The notes below the pieces were generated by a model. It made no database searches and was not told the origin of the DNA. It saw nothing but the letters and a program-made list of their open reading frames with translations. A program made the translations under genes and the position numbers. This document shows, piece after piece, positions 9,695-19,520 of a stretch of DNA of 64,000 nt. Each line of letters begins with the position of its first letter. The stretch's first letter is position 1. The stretch covers positions 1,312,001-1,376,000 of the forward strand of contig CAXXLF010000002.1 in NCBI GenBank assembly GCA_963664015.2. Reading direction: 5' to 3'. Origin of the DNA: Candidatus Binatia bacterium (GTDB taxonomy: Bacteria; Desulfobacterota; Binatia; UBA9968; CAXXLF01).

Positions 9695-10039
9695 TCAATG
9701 ACCACAGCAATTTTTAGACTTTTTTCCGCTCCCACATGGGCAGGGTTCATTACGTCCGACTTTCTTCTCGGTTATTGTTGGTTTTAGCGGATTCATTAAT
9801 CGGTCTAGATCGCTAACATCTTCGGGTTTTTCTGGTTCCAGCCCAATTCGATATTTCCAATCGTGCTCTTCAAATGTCGATGTCACTTCCTTGAAGCGAG
9901 CTTCCGATTGTACGTTAACAACCGCGGGGTTCATTCGGGTGCCTAACCTGGAGGTTTTTTTAGCACCGAACATTTGTATACCGCTCTCGGCATCGATATC
10001 GCTTTTCACTCTTCCGATATCGAAAATTCCTTTCCCCAT
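9695..10039 (-). CDS. SEC-C motif metal-binding protein (PBPRA1643-like)
   Basis: [15 protein letters not shown]...PEDVSDL...[20 protein letters not shown]. Confidence 0.85.
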   Translation of the reverse strand: MGKGIFDIGRVKSDIDAESGIQMFGAKKTSRLGTRMNPAVVNVQSEARFKEVTSTFEEHDWKYRIGLEPEKPEDVSDLDRLMNPLKPTITEKKVGRNEPCPCGSGKKSKNCCGH

Positions 10040-10534
10040 GGCTTTATTATTCCAGTTATTGTCGGATTTAGCTACGGCAAAGTTAACGCAATTGCGCCAT
10101 TGCCGTTTCTCTCCGCTGAAATTTCTTACTCTTCATGTCTAATCCTTAAGCCTATTCTACTCTGGGTAGACATACGTTCGTTCCTGGGATAATGAAGGTA
10201 CAGCCATGGACGGGTAAGTCTAACAATCATGCAGCTCAATTCTCCTAGGCAATCTACTTACCGACACTGTAGCGACGCTGGTTAACCTCGGGTGCCGTTG
10301 CTGCCTACACTCGTATGGATCATTTCGTTTTTTGGGGAAAAATAAATTCGTAGAGACCGGTAGAGTAGCCATGCACGTACGGACCCATCTTGGGACCAGA
10401 ACCCGGCGGCAAAGACAAACCCAGGGCTCGCCCAACCTTTGGGTTAAATCGGTTAATAAGCCCCTGCAATTTACACGACATTCGATGCTTGCCGAGAACT
10501 TAAAAAGAGGCTAAGTTGTTGAATTCTCAAGCGT

Positions 10535-10629
10535 GGAGAAGGAAGGTGCCCGGTGGTGCCGCTGGTCTTCAAAACCAGTCTGGGGGCCGTAAGGTTCCCG
10601 GAGGGTTCGACTCCCTCCCTTCTCCGCCA
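10535..10629 (+). tRNA. selC: tRNA-Sec (UCA)
   Basis: 8-bp acceptor stem GGAGAAGG/CCTTCTCC, 6-bp D stem, anticodon arm CTGGT-CTTCAAA-ACCAG, long variable arm, 5-bp T stem GAGGG-TTCGACT-CCCTC, G73 and encoded CCA; 95 nt. Confidence 0.96.
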
Positions 10630-10671
10630 TCATTAGGCCTTTACCTATCAAATCGACTTCAAAAGAGTTTT

Positions 10672-10720
10672 CGCCTTCGCCAAGGCTTCGGGAGATCCTC
10701 CGAAGCTTTAGCGTGAGAGG
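10672..10720. repeat. REP-like hairpin (CTTCGCCAAGGCTTCGG...CCGAAGCTTTAGCG)
   Basis: Imperfect inverted repeat about 40 nt after tRNA-Sec. Confidence 0.5.
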
Positions 10721-10721
10721 A

Positions 10722-10842
10722 TTTCGCGCAAAGACGCAAAGCACGCTAAGTTCGGAGAAATAGGAAAACGATTTTTTCTTTGCCGTCTTGGCGCGAGTTA
10801 TCTTCTAGCAGATTCCGTAATTTAAAGTTCAACGGAAAATTT
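10722..10842. repeat. ~120-bp MITE-like element, copy 1
   Basis: TTTCGCGCAAAGACGCAAAG..TTCGGAGAAATAGGAAAAC..CTTTGC..CTTGGC.CGAG..CTAGC.GA.TCCGTAAT..AAAGTTCAACG.AAAATTT; direct repeat of 11927-12048. Confidence 0.8.
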
Positions 10843-10855
10843 CAGATGTCTTTGC

Positions 10856-11854
10856 TTAGCTTTTCCACGCCCGGATAAACTTCTTCGCATCTCCACAAAC
10901 GGGATCCGTAACCGGCACGTATGGGACAACCAAACGGGTCGCGCCGGCTTCAGCAAACGGGAGCAACCGCTCCTGGATCTCTTCGATCGAGGTACCCGGC
11001 ACCACTGGAAGCTTATCCATATAGCCGTCGGTAAGGGCGCCCATGGCCGCCTTGAAGCCGCCCTTTTTGAACGCCTCCTGGATGGTGTTCACCTCGGACT
11101 CGAAGCCGAGCCCCTTGAGCATATCGCTGTAGTGATCGGCCAGATTGTAGAAGGTCAATACTTGACGCAAGCGCGAGCGCGCGACGGTGCGATCCGGGTT
11201 CAGGGAAACCCGGCACTTGGCAATGATCTCTATCTTGCTCGGGTCCCGCCCTGCCTCCTTGGCTGCACCTCGTACCCGGTCGGCGATCTCGCGCACCTTG
11301 GCGGGGGTTGCCATATTGATGAAGACCCCGTCCGCAATCCTCCCCACCAGCCGCGTCATCTGTGGGCCGAGACCGGCCAGATATATGGGGAAGTTGGGGT
11401 AACTGGGCTTCCAGGAGAGTTGAAAACGCTTTCCCGTCGTGTAGATCTCGCCATCGTATTCGATACGCTCACCTGCCGCCGTTTTGCGCACTATATCTAT
11501 ATATTCCCGCGCGCGCCGTAACGGACGGTCAAAGACACCGCCGTGCCAAGCGGCGATGGCCTTGTTAGCCACACCTAGGCCGAGCAGGAACCGTCCGCCG
11601 GAAAGGTCCTGAAGGGTCGCCGTTTGGACCCCCAGGGATACAGGACTACGGCCGTATATGTGATAGATTGCCGTTCCCAGTTGGATGGTTTTGGTGCGGC
11701 TCGCTGCCGCTGACAGGAGGATCAGCGGGTCCGTGCTATTGGACTCGCCCTTCCAGAACGCGCCAAAACCAGCCTCCTCGGCCATCTCGACAAGAGGGAC
11801 CAGGCCGTCCGCCGGATAGTGTGCTGCCGAATTTAACTCAATGTCATAGATCAT
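10856..11854 (-). CDS. LLM-class flavin/F420-dependent oxidoreductase (Mer-like)
   Basis: AEEAGF..FW.GE, T.TIQLGTAI, LSGGRFLLGLG and PIYLAGLGPQM..L.GRIADG motifs. Confidence 0.9.
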   Translation of the reverse strand: MIYDIELNSAAHYPADGLVPLVEMAEEAGFGAFWKGESNSTDPLILLSAAASRTKTIQLGTAIYHIYGRSPVSLGVQTATLQDLSGGRFLLGLGVANKAIAAWHGGVFDRPLRRAREYIDIVRKTAAGERIEYDGEIYTTGKRFQLSWKPSYPNFPIYLAGLGPQMTRLVGRIADGVFINMATPAKVREIADRVRGAAKEAGRDPSKIEIIAKCRVSLNPDRTVARSRLRQVLTFYNLADHYSDMLKGLGFESEVNTIQEAFKKGGFKAAMGALTDGYMDKLPVVPGTSIEEIQERLLPFAEAGATRLVVPYVPVTDPVCGDAKKFIRAWKS

Positions 11855-11926
11855 TTTATTTCTCCGTCTGCTTATCTAGTGGATTCTTGTCGACGAATTA
11901 TTCAACAGGATGCCTTCAATAAACTT

Positions 11927-12048
11927 TTTCGCGCAAAGACGCAAAGTTCGGAGAAATAGGAAAACCATTTCCCCCCTTTGCGATCTTGGCGTCTTGGCAC
12001 GAGCTCTCTCCTAGCCGACTCCGTAATCCAAAGTTCAACGAAAAATTT
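11927..12048. repeat. ~120-bp MITE-like element, copy 2
   Basis: Aligns colinearly with 10722-10842. Confidence 0.8.
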
Positions 12049-12060
12049 AAAATATGCTAA

Positions 12061-13248
12061 TCAGGTCTTAACGATTCCCTCTTTCGCCAGTTTCTTAACC
12101 GTATCCTGACTCCACCCCAGCTCGTTCAATATCCTATCCGTGTGCTCACCCAGCAGGGGTGGTGGCTCGGCCACCCGCTTGGGTAAGTCCTTGTAGGTCA
12201 CTGGAGGCTCAACCAGACTTAGGAGTCCTACCATGGGATGTTTCACCTGATCAACCAGCCCCAGATGCTTGACCTGCGGATCGGCAAGGGCCTCTGCCAT
12301 ATTGTAGAGAGGGGCCGCCGGCACGTCGTTTTTCTCCAATCGCTTAAGCCACTGGTCCCGGGTACGGCGCGAAAAAACCGCAGACAGCTCACGGCGCAGG
12401 GCGTCGTAGTTTTTGCGCCGGGCAGCCCTCGTTCTAAACTTCGGGTCCTTTCCAAGCTCTACCCGACCCACGGTCTTGAGAAGTCCTACCCAAAATTTCT
12501 CGGGGACCGAACAGTGAATCACCAATGGAAGTTTATCCTTTGTCAGGAAGGCAAAGGCCTGCGCGTTCTTAACCCGCGCCATGCGGTTGGGGATTTCTCC
12601 CGTCCGAAGATAACCGGCTGCTGTCTCTCCGACCAACGAGAGAGTCGCCTGTAAGAGCGAAGTCTCAACCTTGGATCCCACACCGGTCTTTTCACGCGCA
12701 AGCAGCGCGCCAAGAATCCCATACCCGGCGGAGAGTCCGGTAAGGTAATCGGCTAGAGCGATTCCCATGATTTGTGGGCGACTGAGATCCGTCAGCACAC
12801 CCAAAAGTCCGCTCATAGCCTGACCCAGAGTATCAAAGCCGGGCTTTCCCGCGTATGGTCCTGTCTGGCCAAAGGCGGAGATGGAGCAGTAGACTAGCCT
12901 CGGGTTAAGGGACTTTAACGTCTCATATCCCAGGCCCAAGCGGCGGACGGTTCCTGGACGGAAGTTTTCTACAAAGACATCTGCCTTTTTGGCCAGGTCA
13001 ATCGCAATCTCTCGGCCCGTTTTGTTCTTCAGGTTGAGTACCAGGCTTTCCTTATTTCGGTTCAGGTGAGCAAAATTGGGGCTAAAATAGGGGTCCGGCG
13101 CAAAGTATCGGTACGGGTCTCCTTCAGGCGGTGACTCGATCTTAATAATCCGGGCACCCAAATCTCCGAGAAGTGAGGTGGCATAAGGACCCGTGACAAA
13201 AGTTGAGCATTCAATGACCGTGACGCCTTGCAGGATATTCACTCGCAT
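12061..13248 (-). CDS. CaiB/BaiF family CoA transferase (family III)
   Basis: GPYATSLLGDLGARIIKIESP, NRNKESLVLNLK, ADVFVENFRPG and PPPLLGEHT motifs. Confidence 0.95.
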   Translation of the reverse strand: MRVNILQGVTVIECSTFVTGPYATSLLGDLGARIIKIESPPEGDPYRYFAPDPYFSPNFAHLNRNKESLVLNLKNKTGREIAIDLAKKADVFVENFRPGTVRRLGLGYETLKSLNPRLVYCSISAFGQTGPYAGKPGFDTLGQAMSGLLGVLTDLSRPQIMGIALADYLTGLSAGYGILGALLAREKTGVGSKVETSLLQATLSLVGETAAGYLRTGEIPNRMARVKNAQAFAFLTKDKLPLVIHCSVPEKFWVGLLKTVGRVELGKDPKFRTRAARRKNYDALRRELSAVFSRRTRDQWLKRLEKNDVPAAPLYNMAEALADPQVKHLGLVDQVKHPMVGLLSLVEPPVTYKDLPKRVAEPPPLLGEHTDRILNELGWSQDTVKKLAKEGIVKT

Positions 13249-13462
13249 CGAATCCTACTTTCATCTGACCACATTATAAATCGCATCATAGTCAATAAGG
13301 CCCCCTAAATTAACTATTTCTCATCCGCCTACGCTTGGGAGCAAGCCGTATCCATGCAAGGAGGGAGGGCAAATGATCCCGGTGCTGGTATTTTCAATAG
13401 TCCCTTCTAAAAACAATTATTTAGAATGAGACCTCTTTGACCATAGCGTGGAGCATGGCCCC

Positions 13463-13666
13463 TTAGACTTCGCATTCCTTCACGGCAGTCCGAGCGGATA
13501 CCTGCGCTTGCTCGAGGGATAGGTACAGATTGCGCCCGTCGATGCAAAGGGGTACGTAGATAAAGTCAAATCCAGCCTTGGCGGTATTTTCCCTAACGGC
13601 CTGCCAGCGTCGGTCCCGCTCCGCGAGGGAATAGCCCTTCCAAGAGGTCTCCGCCGGTGAGCCCAT
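13463..13666 (-). pseudogene. Truncated N-terminus of an M24/creatinase-like peptidase
   Basis: YSLAERDRRWQAVRE..KAGFD start with an AGGAG RBS, but only 67 codons. Confidence 0.45.
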
Positions 13667-13728
13667 TGGTCTGACTCCTTCTCATATGCCCTTGTATAGA
13701 GATCGTTTAGGACGAACCTAAGCCTATG

Positions 13729-14742
13729 TCAATGGGCAACTCGGATACCGGTTACCTACGGGAGACCCTCGAGAATCCGCCGGAATGACTCGCCTCCATC
13801 ATCGCTCATCCAAACGGCTCCGTCACTCATGCCCACCAAGAATGCGTCCGGGTCTTCCGGATCACCCGCCACGGCTCTTGGACCCGCCTTAAATAGATCC
13901 GGCAATCCACCGGACAGCCGATCCCAGGACAACCCCTGATCCTCACTACGATAGAAGGAGGTCGCGGCACCCTCAGGACGACGCCACGCTGGCGGCGGAC
14001 CCGAAGCCGCAGCCGTGTAAATAACCTCTGCCCGCGCAGGATGGGCAACCAGCTGTGCGATATACCGATGATCGAGGCCTTTGTTAGATTCCACGAAGTG
14101 ATCACCACCGTCCGAGCTTCGATAACCCCCTGTGCCTGAGGTTGAAATAACCACCGAAGGGTTATCGGGCATAATCGCTACCGAGTGCGAATCGAACTCG
14201 GTGCCGTCCTCGATGTTCTGCCATGTGTTGCCTCCATCCCTGCTCCGGATAAGCCACCCCTCTTCAATGGCGCCAAAAATGAACAGGGGGTCTCCGTCAC
14301 AGAGAGCGAGGCCATTGACGTGGCTCACATGGGGTGGATTAGGAAAGGTCCATTCCACGGTTTCCGGTAGGCTCCTAAGCTGCTCGCAGTCGGTCCAGGT
14401 GTCCCCTCTGTCAGTGCTCTTGAACACGGCAGATGGACCCGTCCCCACATACAAATCCCCTGTCTTGGGATGCTGAGCGAGAGACCAGGCTTATTTGTAG
14501 AGGATCCCCTCATTGATCTCGCTCCAAGTGCCGCCCCCATAGTCGCTGCGAAGAACGCCTTGTTTACTGGTAGCTGCAAAGATACCCTGAGGGTTTGTTC
14601 GGTCGATCACAACCGGACATCGGATCGCACCACTACCGTTCAGCTCCAGACGGCTTGTGCTATAGTCGTTGACCGTCGAACTTGCTTTAAACAGACCGTC
14701 CGCAGTACCAATGTGTAGGATAAGGCCTGCTCCCGGTGACAT
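13729..14742 (-). pseudogene. BNR/sialidase-like beta-propeller protein with two in-frame stops
   Basis: Repeated SxDxGxTW motifs. In-frame TAA at 14491-14493 (YK*AWSLAQHP) and TAG at 13756-13758 (GLP*VTGIRVAH). Confidence 0.8.
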
Positions 14743-14950
14743 ATTCTCCCTCCTTTTATTTTAAGAAATAACGCACCCTGGCAGTGTTCTACCGTGGGGC
14801 CCCACCTGAGCTCGATATCACAGGGGGTTAGGGTGTCAACAATGAAGGGACCTACGTAGAAGCACCAAAGGTTGCGCCGATTTCAGTGGCGGGACCACGG
14901 GCCCTCGCCCTCCTGGGGAAACTAGGCAGAGCCCACAATAGACCGTTCAG

Positions 14951-14989
14951 GATTTCAGATCGTCAATCTGAGATCTGCAATCTGAAATT
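14951..14989. repeat. Heptamer-type repeat/hairpin (ATTTCAGAT..AATCTGAGATCTGCAATCTGAAAT)
   Basis: Seven-nt periodicity plus an inverted repeat just downstream of the MetE-like gene. Confidence 0.45.
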
Positions 14990-15001
14990 CCTCTTCCCGC
15001 C

Positions 15002-16147
15002 CTATCCCCACACTCGTCGAGCCGTCTCTACCACCATCTCTAATTTTCTTTTTTGGTCATCCTCGCTGATAAGGTTGCCTACCACATCAGAGGCAAACCC
15101 ACACTGTGGACTGATAGCCAGCTGTTCGAGGGGTACATACTGGCTTGCCTCATCGATACGGCGACTGAGATCGTCAGGGGTCTCTATCTCGGGAACCTTG
15201 GTGCTAACTAGCCCCAGTACAACCACCTTACCCTTCGGAACAAAACGTAGGGGCTCAAAGGTTCCCGCCCGTTCAGTGTCGTATTCCAACAAGAAACGGT
15301 CATGGGTTAACTCGGAAAAGAGCCTCTCTGCGATGGCGTCGTAGGTCCCTTCCCGGTGCCACATGCTCCGCTGGTTTCCCCGGCACAGATGGATTCCAAA
15401 GGTCACGCCTTCAAAACCCCGAATGACTTCATTGTCGGCCCAGAGGGAGCGTTTAAAGTTCTCCATGGGATCTTCCCCTCTTTGACGCATCTCTTGCATA
15501 GAGGGTAGATCTACATAGGCGGTATACCCAGGAGCATCAATCTGAACGTAACCGCAGCCGGCGCCCGCTAAGTCACCAACCATCTGGCGCTCGATTTCCA
15601 CCACGGCGGCCATAAAATCGGCTATGGTCGGGTAAACCGAGGTGGAGGCCTTGTGATCAAATCGCTGGCTGATGCGGTCGGGGCCAATGAGTGTCACCTT
15701 GGCCGGTCTCTTCGCCACACCGCGTACGAATAGATACTCCTCCAGGGGCACATCCCGCTCGAGCCGTAATGGCTCCATGACGGGTCGGCGTTGGGCCACT
15801 GCGGTTCCCTTTGCCTCGCGGTTTGGAATATCCCAGCGTTGAAGTGGACTAGAACCCTCGACCCTTTTTTCATAGAATTGGATACCTGCAGGACCCGTGT
15901 CAAACCCCGTCACAGAAATCCCAAAGCTGTCCTGGAAGTTCAATCGACGGAACTCACCATCGGTGACTATGTCCAACCCAACTTCCTCTTGAAGCTTGAC
16001 TGCTTGGCGTATGGCGTCGTCTTCCACCTGGTGCAGCTCTTCGACTCGGATTTCACCCTGATCGAAGCGGGAGCGGACCTGCTTGAGATGAGCGGGCCGC
16101 AGGAGACTTCCAACAACATCAGTCCTAATCTTTGTCAGGTCACTCAT
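15002..16147 (-). CDS. Cobalamin-independent methionine synthase II family protein (catalytic domain only)
   Basis: DVVGSLLRP, TDGEFRR, Zn ligands HLCRGN..LEYD..SPQCGFAS. Confidence 0.9.
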   Translation of the reverse strand: MSDLTKIRTDVVGSLLRPAHLKQVRSRFDQGEIRVEELHQVEDDAIRQAVKLQEEVGLDIVTDGEFRRLNFQDSFGISVTGFDTGPAGIQFYEKRVEGSSPLQRWDIPNREAKGTAVAQRRPVMEPLRLERDVPLEEYLFVRGVAKRPAKVTLIGPDRISQRFDHKASTSVYPTIADFMAAVVEIERQMVGDLAGAGCGYVQIDAPGYTAYVDLPSMQEMRQRGEDPMENFKRSLWADNEVIRGFEGVTFGIHLCRGNQRSMWHREGTYDAIAERLFSELTHDRFLLEYDTERAGTFEPLRFVPKGKVVVLGLVSTKVPEIETPDDLSRRIDEASQYVPLEQLAISPQCGFASDVVGNLISEDDQKRKLEMVVETARRVWG

Positions 16148-16289
16148 ATGGCCACCTCACATCAATCCAATGGACTCAGAAACACAAACCATCGGGTGAA
16201 GGCTCCTTCCCCCGGGACAACGAACGATTCCACGCCAGAACAAAAAGAAGGCCCCAGGGTTTGGCTTGTCCGTATTGTGTCAGCGGTTC

Positions 16290-17301
16290 TTATAAATTGA
16301 CCTTTTCGGCATAAAGGTCCATGATGAAACCACCAGCCTTGAGCTCGTCGAGGAGACGCAGCTCAAACAAGTCGAGTGGCTTTAGCTTCATGGCCTGTTT
16401 GTCCACCACAGTGGCCGCATCGAGCATCGCCTGCAGGGCCTCTCCGTTAGGGGCCGGCCAGGGTCCCAGTTGCACCGCAAGAGTATTGTACATGCTCTCC
16501 AGTATTGATGGATCGGCCACGGTAACATGCTTACCGATTATCAGAATGCTCTCGTTACGGTGCGTTAAATAATAATGGATGGACGCCACGTATCCCTTTA
16601 AAAAACGCCTGACGGCCTCCTCTTCCTTTTTGATCTTGGATCGCGTCGTGATCAAGAACGAGATAACGATAGGAACCTCTTTAATATCAATCACCTTGAG
16701 CCCGAGTCGGCTCGCCTCAACTGCCACCTGCCGACTCAGGGGGGCTCCCTGGATCAAATTTTAGGACAGGGCAGCGGCACGTGCCGGAGGAAATCTTACG
16801 GAGACCATCTCCACATCTTTGACAGAATCGATACCCTCGCGTCGGAGAACAACCCTGGCGATAAGGTCGGACCGTCCACCGGGGCGGGACATGCCGATCT
16901 TTTTCCCCTTGAAATCGCCAAGGGAGGTAATGCCGGCGGAGACCCCGAACTTATACTGCGCCCGGTTTGTGTGGGAGCCTAGGAAAACAAGATCACCTCC
17001 ACTGAGGATTGTTTGAAGGGGCGCGATCAAATTGCTCGATCCCAAAAGCACATCGACAGCGAGCAATCCTTGCCCCCCCCACTGGAGACGTCCTGGAGGA
17101 AGTTATCCTCGACAGCAAGGCTGTAGCGTTTGAAAAGGCCGGAATCTAATCCTATCCAGGCCCCGGCCGTCGCCACGCTGAATCCGTCATGAACGAGCCT
17201 AATTTTTTTCCTGTTCGGCCCCCATGGGAAATGGCAGTCGATAACAGGAGAAGACCGATCCCTACTGTTAGGAAGCCGCGGCTTTTTTTGAAAGACTTCA
17301 T
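16290..17301 (-). pseudogene. SsuA/NMT1-like ABC substrate-binding protein, disrupted
   Basis: Signal peptide, then KIRLVHDGFSVATAGAWIG..GLFKRY, FKGKKIGMSRPGG.SD and VRRFLKGY. Frameshifts near 17205-17230 and 17070; in-frame TAA at 16761. Confidence 0.75.
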
Positions 17302-17385
17302 AGCTCGCCCCTTCTTAAGCGTACCGTCAGGAAGACTGGCACCATCCGAGCCCCCCCCGCCCCCCCCACCACCACTCCACACCCC

Positions 17386-18315
17386 TTATTCGCTGGAGAG
17401 TTCTTTCTGCACCAATTCGGCAAGCATAGCAATAAAGTAGGGTTGGTCATTAGCGGCAGGGACACGGTGCATTTCCAACCCCAATTTGACGGCCACATTG
17501 TGGGCCTCGATGTCCAGATCGAAGAGTACTTCTACGTGATCACATACGAATCCCAGGGGAACCACGACGACATCCCGGCTACCCTCGTTGACAAATCCAG
17601 GGAGCAAGGTACAGATATCCGGTTCCAACCACGGCTGATCGGGCGATCCGCTACGGCTTTGATAGGCGATCTGCCAATGTTGGTGGCCGATCCTCTCGGC
17701 GACCGCCCGGGAGGCGTCGGTGAACTGAGCGACATAGGGGGAGGCGTCGGCCATCGCCGTAGGAATGCTGTGAGCCGTGAAGACGATGGGAGTCGTTGCC
17801 CGCCGATCGGGGAGAATCCGCGAGAGAGTGCGTTGGACCATGTCCGCCGTCCCTTGAATATAGAGCGGGTGAGTAGAGCAGCCGCGCGCGAAGCAGACCT
17901 CGGGAGTGTTGGCGCCCGTCTGCTCTCGGGCCTGTGCTACGTCACTCAGGTAACGGTCCCAGGATGCTTCAGTCTGAAAGGCCGACAGGATGATGCCCAG
18001 GGCCCTGCGTCGCCCATCCTGTCTCATCTGCTCCAATGTCTCGTGGAGAAAGGGATGCCAGTTGCGCATCCCCACGTACACCGGACGGTCCATTGCCAGT
18101 TCCTTGAGCCGCCGACGCAGGGCCTCGGCCTGTTGAAAGGTCAGTTTGTTGAAGGGCGAGCCCCCCCCCATTAATTCGTAATGGCGAACAACTCCCTCCA
18201 GGCGCTCTGGCGGAATGTTTCGACCCCGGCTTACCCTTTTTAGGAATGGGCGGACATCCTCTGCCTTTTCCGGTCCGCCGAAAGCAATTAATAGGATTGA
18301 GTCAATTTCATGCAT
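17386..18315 (-). CDS. hemH: Ferrochelatase
   Basis: LLIAFGGPE, GGGSP, GMRNWHPF, FTAHSIP, YQSRSG..WLEP and GFVCDHVEVLFDLD motifs. Confidence 0.95.
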   Translation of the reverse strand: MHEIDSILLIAFGGPEKAEDVRPFLKRVSRGRNIPPERLEGVVRHYELMGGGSPFNKLTFQQAEALRRRLKELAMDRPVYVGMRNWHPFLHETLEQMRQDGRRRALGIILSAFQTEASWDRYLSDVAQAREQTGANTPEVCFARGCSTHPLYIQGTADMVQRTLSRILPDRRATTPIVFTAHSIPTAMADASPYVAQFTDASRAVAERIGHQHWQIAYQSRSGSPDQPWLEPDICTLLPGFVNEGSRDVVVVPLGFVCDHVEVLFDLDIEAHNVAVKLGLEMHRVPAANDQPYFIAMLAELVQKELSSE

Positions 18316-18402
18316 GGGGGGAAGGCAGGTGTATACACCTGCCCAAAGGTCAGATCGGTTTTCGGCACATTACACTCGCATGTACCGAAAATGGAATGGC
18401 CC

Positions 18403-18435
18403 AAAACAGGGGGGAGTGAGAAACACCCCCCCCCT
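18403..18435 (-). terminator. Rho-independent terminator
   Basis: Minus strand AGGGGGGGGTG-TTTCT-CACTCCCCCCT followed by GTTTT, downstream of the 18478-18942 gene. Confidence 0.7.
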
Positions 18436-18477
18436 CAATTGGATAATAGGGATGGAGAGAAGAAAACGTTCGAAGAG

Positions 18478-18942
18478 TTACTTTTTCTTCATCTTTTTAC
18501 TGCTGGCCTTTACAAAAAAGATCGCGCCTTTTGCCAGCTCGTTGCCGTCGTTGTCTACAATGGTAATGCCATTTTTTCCCATGTCGAGAAGCTTGCGGCG
18601 GATCTCCCGGCGGAGATTCCACACGGTGGCAAATGTTCCATTGGCATCAGTTTTGGGACGCGGCTTTACCAGGTAGCTCACATCCGAAAGGACTCCGCCC
18701 ATCATGACCCGGATTCCTACTTCCTGGTTAGGCTTCAAGCCTGAAGCGCTAATAAAAACCATCCCTGCCTTGTACTCAACCTTCTTGGGTAGAACCGTAA
18801 CTTTTGCCCCAGCAGCTTGTGCAAGCGATTCGCCGACACCACCTAAAGATAGCGGAGCGACACTACTAAGGACGGAGAGAAAAAAGGCTGCGACAAGGAT
18901 GGCTGAAATCCTGGCTGGATTGACATTAATTTTCATTGACAT
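18478..18942 (-). CDS. Exported hypothetical protein
   Basis: Signal peptide ending SLAQA, beta-rich body, GGGAGG RBS. Confidence 0.75.
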   Translation of the reverse strand: MSMKINVNPARISAILVAAFFLSVLSSVAPLSLGGVGESLAQAAGAKVTVLPKKVEYKAGMVFISASGLKPNQEVGIRVMMGGVLSDVSYLVKPRPKTDANGTFATVWNLRREIRRKLLDMGKNGITIVDNDGNELAKGAIFFVKASSKKMKKK

Positions 18943-19144
18943 ACCTCCCCCTAAAAATTTTTGACAGCGAACGGCATTATGGTATACACATCAAACGTTG
19001 TCAACCCCCCCCTGAGACGATTTTTTAGGGATGGGTTAAGGGCTCGGGGACACTGAGGAATCGACTCCCGCCTTGATTTCGTCCCCTGCTTTTTGTAGAG
19101 TAAATGATTAGATGGGTTAGTGGGTCTTTGATGTAAAAGGAGGA

Positions 19145-19333
19145 GTGGAGATGGAGCTACCAAAATGCCAAAAGTGTAACGACGGCCTTTTGATCCCCTT
19201 ATCCGACTATGGTCAGGAAGGAGCTTCTGTGATGTACAAGGCCTGGGCCTGCACCAACCCCGAGTGTGGGTTCTCCCTCCGAGTCGACAAAGGCGAAGTT
19301 ACCTACGGAAAAAAGATCGAGCCCAAGCATTAG
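19145..19333 (+). CDS. Small Zn-ribbon-like protein
   Basis: CQKC...CTNPEC, strong AGGAGG RBS. Confidence 0.75.
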   Translation: MEMELPKCQKCNDGLLIPLSDYGQEGASVMYKAWACTNPECGFSLRVDKGEVTYGKKIEPKH

Positions 19334-19520
19334 CAGGGGTTCTCGCAGAATCGTGGCGTTGAGGCATTGAGATCCAGACTAACCGCTGTCGTTTCTGTGG
19401 TGCCCGCCCAGTAAGCGTAGAAGATTGCTCTCCAAGCGTTGAGCTCCTCAGGACTCAGCAGGCAGCCTTAGATCTTCACAGGTTCTGACTTTCCTCAAAT
19501 TCAAATTTCACGAGAGAGAA

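Noticed and set aside
10040-10720. Prophage or integrative element att site at selC
   Set aside because: No integrase, phage genes or duplicated tRNA segment found by eye.
16148-16289. Cobalamin or SAM riboswitch upstream of the MetE-like gene
   Set aside because: No B12-box or S-box consensus recognisable in the short gap.
19440-19442. In-frame TGA upstream of the propeller ORF as Sec
   Set aside because: No redox motif, no convincing start/RBS upstream and no clear SECIS.
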